In this document: positions 58,514 to 64,000 of the stretch, piece by piece | Layout: every line of letters starts with the position of its first letter | Position numbering within the stretch: position 1 is the first letter of the stretch | Source: Eledone cirrhosa | Taxonomy: Eukaryota | DNA length: 64,000 nt | Assembly (NCBI GenBank): GCA_964016885.1 | Contig: OZ024747.1 | Coordinates: 66,464,001 to 66,528,000, forward strand | Reading direction: 5' to 3' | The notes under the pieces: model-generated | What the model was told of the DNA's origin: nothing | Seen by the model: the letters and a program-made list of their open reading frames with translations, nothing else | The model's database searches: none | Translations under genes and position numbers: made by a program

Positions 58514-58518
<5 letters not shown>
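57340..58518. mobile_element. Second PLE family: GIY-YIG C-terminal half with inverted arms 57589-57915 / 58046-58372 and HHR-bearing tails at both ends
   Basis: - strand ERFLNHQSTF..SHVWSLK..W..PY...CGLCIDER..LNARNEFFTRCPH; family B HHR-like motif at 57450-57500 (-); a different HHR at 58379-58419 (+). Confidence 0.85.
58379..58419 (+). ncRNA. Type I minimal hammerhead ribozyme
   Basis: ccgag CTGAGGA atccgctaaggt GAAAtaatt GTT ctcgg. Confidence 0.75.
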
Positions 58519-58567
<49 letters not shown>

Positions 58568-60206
58568 CAATATATTTAGAAACACACAGATACATGCGGA
58601 CACACACATATATACATGAATGCATCCGCACCCAACTGTGAGTTAAGGGTGCCAACTTCACGGATGTTGCTCAATGAATGACCGGGACAGACCAATTCAG
58701 TTGAACTAGACTGAACCAGTATCAGAGTTAAAAATACATTATGAAGAGAGAAGAAACATTTAGATATAATTAGTAATAAAATGTATCATACCTAAACTGC
58801 TCCTAGACTACGTAGTTTCGTGGCATAAACAAAAACAATATATCATAAAGATATAGAGTCCCTGCGAGGTCTGCCGACTTATCAAGAGGATACCTCATTT
58901 TACTAGTCTCAAGAACGCGTCTACACGACGTGAGAAAGAATCCCAAAAGGCGGAGGGGGAGATAGTCACGCGATATAACGGTCGAGAAACAGAGCTAAGC
59001 CTCTTATAACCACGAAGAAAATACCACGGAGGCGGAGGGGGTATTCATATCGAGGCCGCAGAAGAGGTGGTGAAGAAGGCTAGAAGTATGAGTAATGGAA
59101 GCTTTCCAGTTGTCCCCACACTTCAAAGATTGCTCGACCAGAGGGAGTTATTAACAATATATTTAGAAACACACAGATACATGCGGACACACACATATAT
59201 ACATGAATGCATCCGCACCCAACTGTGAGTTAAGGGTGCCAACTTCACCGATGTTGCTCAATGAATGACCGGGACAGACCAATTTAGTTGAACTAGACTG
59301 AACCAGTATCAGAGTTAAAAATACATTATGAAGAGAGAAGAAACATTTAGATATAATTAGTAATAAAATGTATCATACATAAACTGCTCCTAGACTACGT
59401 AGTTTCGTGGCATAAACAAAAACAATATATCATAAAGATATAGAGTCCCTGCGAGGTCTGCCGACTTATCAAGAGGATACCTCATTTTACTAGTCTCAAG
59501 AACGCGTCTACACGACGTGAGAAAGAATCCCAAAAGGCGGAGGGGGAGATAGTCACGCGATATAACGGTCGAGAAACAGAGCTAAGCCTCTTATAACCAC
59601 GAAGAAAATACCACGGAGGCGGAGGGGGTATTCATATCGAGGCCGCAGAAGAGGTGGTGAAGAAGGCTAGAAGTATGAGTAATGGAAGCTTTCCAGTTGT
59701 CCCCACACTTCAAAGATTGCTCGACCAGAGGGAGTTATTAACAATATATTTAGAAACACACAGATACATGCGGACACACACATATATACATGAATGCATC
59801 CGCACCCAACTGTGAGTTAAGGGTGCCAACTTCACCGATGTTGCTCAATGAATGACCGGGACAGACCAATTTAGTTGAACTAGACTGAACCAGTATCAGA
59901 GTTAAAAATACATTATGAAGAGAGAAGAAACATTTAGATATAATTAGTAATAAAATGTATCATACATAAACTGCTCCTAGACTACGTAGTTTCGTGGCAT
60001 AAACAAAAACAATATATCATAAAGATATAGAGTCCCTGCGAGGTCTGCCGACTTATCAAGAGGATACCTCATTTTACTAGTCTCAAGAACGCGTCTACAC
60101 GACGTGAGAAAGAATCCCAAAAGGCGGAGGGGGAGATAGTCACGCGATATAACGGTCGAGAAACAGAGCTAAGCCTCTTATAACCACGAAGAAAATACCA
60201 CGGAGG
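58568..60206 (-). repeat. Tandem array, 587-bp unit x about 2.8, retrozyme-like, one HHR per unit
   Basis: caatatatttagaaacacacag at 58568, 59155 and 59742; near-identical units; TA-rich flanks; no ORF. Confidence 0.95.
58801..58890 (-). ncRNA. Hammerhead ribozyme with U3:A8 core variant (copies 59388-59477, 59975-60064)
   Basis: tcct-c TTGATAA gt(c)ggca..~50 nt..tgccac GAAAC tacgta GTC t-agga. Confidence 0.7.
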
Positions 60207-60322
60207 TGTATATGTATATATACACACACACACACACATATATACGTTTATATATATTTATTTATAATCATAGTCAGGTTACTGCAAGAAGATATGCACG
60301 CATACATATATAGACACACACA

Positions 60323-60367
<45 letters not shown>

Positions 60368-61047
60368 ACACACACACATAAATAAACCTTAGTCATAATA
60401 TTTGACGATTTCTATTCAATAATACATTGTTTTTTATGCTGTTCTTGTAGTATTGTTGTTGGTGCTATAGTGCTGTATATGTTATTATTGTAATTTCTAT
60501 ATAGATGTTATTGTTTTTATTGTTGTAATTTTAGTCTTCGTGGTGTTATTAGTATTGTTGTTATTGGTATTACTGCTGTTGCCAATGTTGTTTATGATAG
60601 TATTGTTGTTGCTGTATTCATAGTTATTGTTATTATTATTGCTTTTATTGTTGTTATCATTGTTCTTGGTTGTATCTTTACGGCATTTTTCTTGGCATCC
60701 TAATCTCCACCACCACAGCCACTACACACATAAACAATTACCACATCACACAGTCACCAACATTACCACTACTACCACAATCAGCACCATTGCCACCAGC
60801 ACTATTATAATTTACAATAGTCATCTTAAACATTGAAACTTAATTAAATTTATCGATTTTTTCTAACGTGTATGAAATGATTTTTCATACACGCACACGC
60901 ACACAAATATATATATATATATATATATACTTACACACACACACACATATATATATACGTACGTGTGTATGAGATGTGTGATTATGATAACCTTTTGTGC
61001 CCCTGTTGGCGGTTCTAATGTGGCCTTTATAACCTTATATATATATA

Positions 61048-61161
<114 letters not shown>

Positions 61162-62999
61162 TTTTCTTTAAGTTTATTTTTAATTTTACTGTTCTGCTTT
61201 CACTTTCTACACCTTCTAATTTAATGACCAGCTAACAGTATCATATTTGTTATAAATAAGGCTTTGCACGTGGAAACTTATTTTCAAGTACTGTGACACT
61301 TAGCAGTAAAAGAGAATAATCTCAACATTTGAATATAATAATTACTTTTTACTCTTATATTGAGAAGGATTCATACCCCACAAACGTGAATGTGTGTGTA
61401 CAAAATTACACAGGAGAAAGGAATATCGTACTGAGATGACAAATGGCAAACGAACACAAGAATTGACGCTCTCAACATCCCTCTCAATAGTTCTTTGAGA
61501 ATTCGTTCAAATATACATATTTGAGTGTACATGTGTACGTGCGCGCGCGCGCACGTGTGTGTGCGTGTGTGTGATGTGTTCTTGATATTTTGTTCATGAA
61601 GTCGTTTCCTTTAAATTGATGTAATGTTTCCTTTATCTATTGTTGTTGCTTTCTTATCGTTATTGTTGTCATTGTTTATTAGCCATACCCCTGATGATAT
61701 GGCCTCACATACATTACTTTCCTTATAACACTACATACTCTACTCGCTTGAATGTCAGCCAGGCTAATTGAGATTCTAAAAATCATCAAAATGGATGTTG
61801 ACAGAAAAGCTATAGGTTATCTAGATGGTAGTTAGGAAAGTTATAGTGCTTCTTTGTTTGTATGGTTAATTATTTATATTTATATACAAGGACCTGATCT
61901 ACCGGCTATAACAAAGGAAATTAAAGCTAAATCAAGTACAAAAAACAACAAACTCCCAGTGAACGTAAATTATTCTATGATGGCGAATTGGCCTAGAATC
62001 TTTACAGCGCCGGATTGAATGCCTTAGCATTTGCTTCAGCTTTCTGTGTTCTGAGTTGAAATATCAGCGAGGCCAACTTTGTCTTTTATTCTTTTCTAGT
62101 CGATAAATAAAGTACGAATATAGGGTTACTCGTTTGGCAGGGGGGAGGGGGTATCTGTCCTGGCTCTGTACGCTCTGACTTTCAGTTTCACCTCCTTCTG
62201 CTATGGGCTGTGACCGACAGGAAAATATCAGCAATGTCAAGACAAATGGAAATATATTTTTCTTGATCCAATCTGAGGATTGACTCCTTTCAAAATTATT
62301 TTATAAAAAGATAAGATATTCTGACTGATATTATCTCCCCAGAAACATACAGCCAATGAGAAACGACGTTGTGTATAAGTCGTGACGGAAACGTCAATTC
62401 TGAAATGGCTCGTAGTTAAAATTCCAACTATGAGACTTTAAGTTCAAATTCCACAGGGTGTTATTTCGTACTTTTTCTGTTGATTAAATACCGGTAATAT
62501 GCTGGTTTCCATTCAATCAATAGTACAACTTTTCAACGTCCAGAAATTGATGTACGTAATTGGTTGAACTTCTTAATACATGGTGATGGATGTTAGTTAA
62601 CGGTGATTTGATATTCTATAGTGAATAGACCGGCTTAGCGTAGGTAATACATCGGCAGGGAGTTAATTTATTGATGAATAGACTTTCTGAATCGATTTCA
62701 AATCTCATTTGAGGCGAATTCACCAGGATGACACCGATAATGACTTGGATATCAGTACACTCTCTCACTCTCATATATTCATTCTTTTTTTTTTATCTAA
62801 TAAATATGTTGGTTGGACTTGTATACATAATGGTTACCTATTGGAAGAGAAGGATGAATGGATATGCAGATAGGTAGATCGATAGATAGACTGGTGTTAA
62901 ATAGGAAAGGTAAGATAAAGTAAAAGGCAGAAAATAAGGGGAGAGAGAAAGAGAGGCAGGGGGGACGAAAAATGTGTCAGTAAACGTTCATGATTACGT

Positions 63000-63490
63000 G
63001 TTCCTGATGTTGTTTGTGTCTGTGTGATCGAGGTGTTGATGTTGTTGTTGTTCGTAGTGGTGATGATGGTGGGAACAATAGTAATGATGATGACGGAGTG
63101 AGAATGAGAATGAATGAAAGTGAAAAACAGAAATTAAAAAAAATATAATAAAAAAGGGTACCCCCCCCCCCAACAAAACAGCCAGTAAAACGACAACGAA
63201 AATAACAACTACAACCACAACAATAGCACATACCACGAACACAACAACAATAACAATTACCACTAACAGTAACATCACCTCAACAACAATAACGAGTCCC
63301 ACAATAAGGACAAGGACGACAATGTCGACCACAACGACGACAACGACGATGACGACCACCACCACGACGACCACCACGACGACCACCATCTCGACCAACA
63401 CCACCACGACCACCATCACTACTACCACGACCACCACCACAACCACCACCACCACCACCATACGACCACGACGACCACCACCACGACGAC
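63000..63490. repeat. (ACC/ACG/AAC)n low-complexity region (similar at 60430-60810); (CAT)n at 63760-63815
   Basis: Direct reading. Confidence 0.85.
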
Positions 63491-63594
63491 ACACACACAC
63501 ACATCCAAGATATGTCAACATGAATGGATCTGTTATTTTTATCTAAAGAAATGTTTTCTAATTCCACCTTCAATCTATCTTATTCCTCATTCTT

Positions 63595-63630
63595 TCTTCT
63601 GATGCAGGACTAGCGTCCGAAACGTTAAGA
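63595..63630 (+). ncRNA. Decayed minimal hammerhead, family D (relative at 7554-7585)
   Basis: tctt CTGATGc a ggac-tagc-gtcc GAAAC GTT aaga; each copy has a different core substitution. Confidence 0.55.
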
Positions 63631-63776
63631 CCCTCTTCCTGCTATTTCAAGCGTTAACCTAATATATTCCTTCCATATACTGTACCGATTGTGTTGTTAT
63701 TTCTGTTTACATACACACATACATACACACACACACATATATATACATATATATATATATCATTATCATCATCATT

Positions 63777-63815
<39 letters not shown>

Positions 63816-64000
63816 GACGTTTAACGTCTATCTTCCACGCTAGCATGGGTTTAGACGGGAATTTGTCCTACTTGAGGTAAGATTGGTCGGGTGACCACGT
63901 CTCGCCCGTATAGGGCTGTCTGGCAGGTTTTCTACGGCTCTGGGAGGTTTTTACCGTGTTACCTACACGGCCACATTACAGCGTGGACTCTGTGTTTTTT

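Overview
AT-rich, microsatellite-saturated eukaryotic non-coding DNA. The SINE and repeat content resembles what I recall from octopod cephalopod genomes (inference). No host gene is recognisable, and almost all ORF-track entries are translations of (TA)n, (CA)n, (GA)n or trinucleotide repeats. Recognisable elements: the 3' end of an R4/Dong-type RLE retrotransposon (1-871), RTE-type LINE fragments, a decayed mariner (10.5-11.6 kb), a near full-length but broken L1/Tx1-type LINE inside an (AAT)n tract (14.3-20.3 kb), a 5.8-kb palindromic Naiad-like Penelope-like element (PLE; 40.8-46.6 kb), a second PLE GIY-YIG 3' end (57.3-58.5 kb), hAT MITEs and tRNA-derived SINEs. The main unannotated signal, found by manual folding, is a dense set of minimal hammerhead ribozyme (HHR) motifs from about ten different repeat families. 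They lie in PLE termini and in non-coding tandem repeats of 283-587 bp (retrozyme-like), nearly all abutting (TA)n. Many short copies are fold-back palindromes whose apex falls in or next to the HHR. One copy starts at the predicted self-cleavage site, and some families carry fixed non-canonical catalytic cores (U3:A8, U4A). All ribozyme calls are by-eye structure predictions and need covariance-model searches and cleavage assays.
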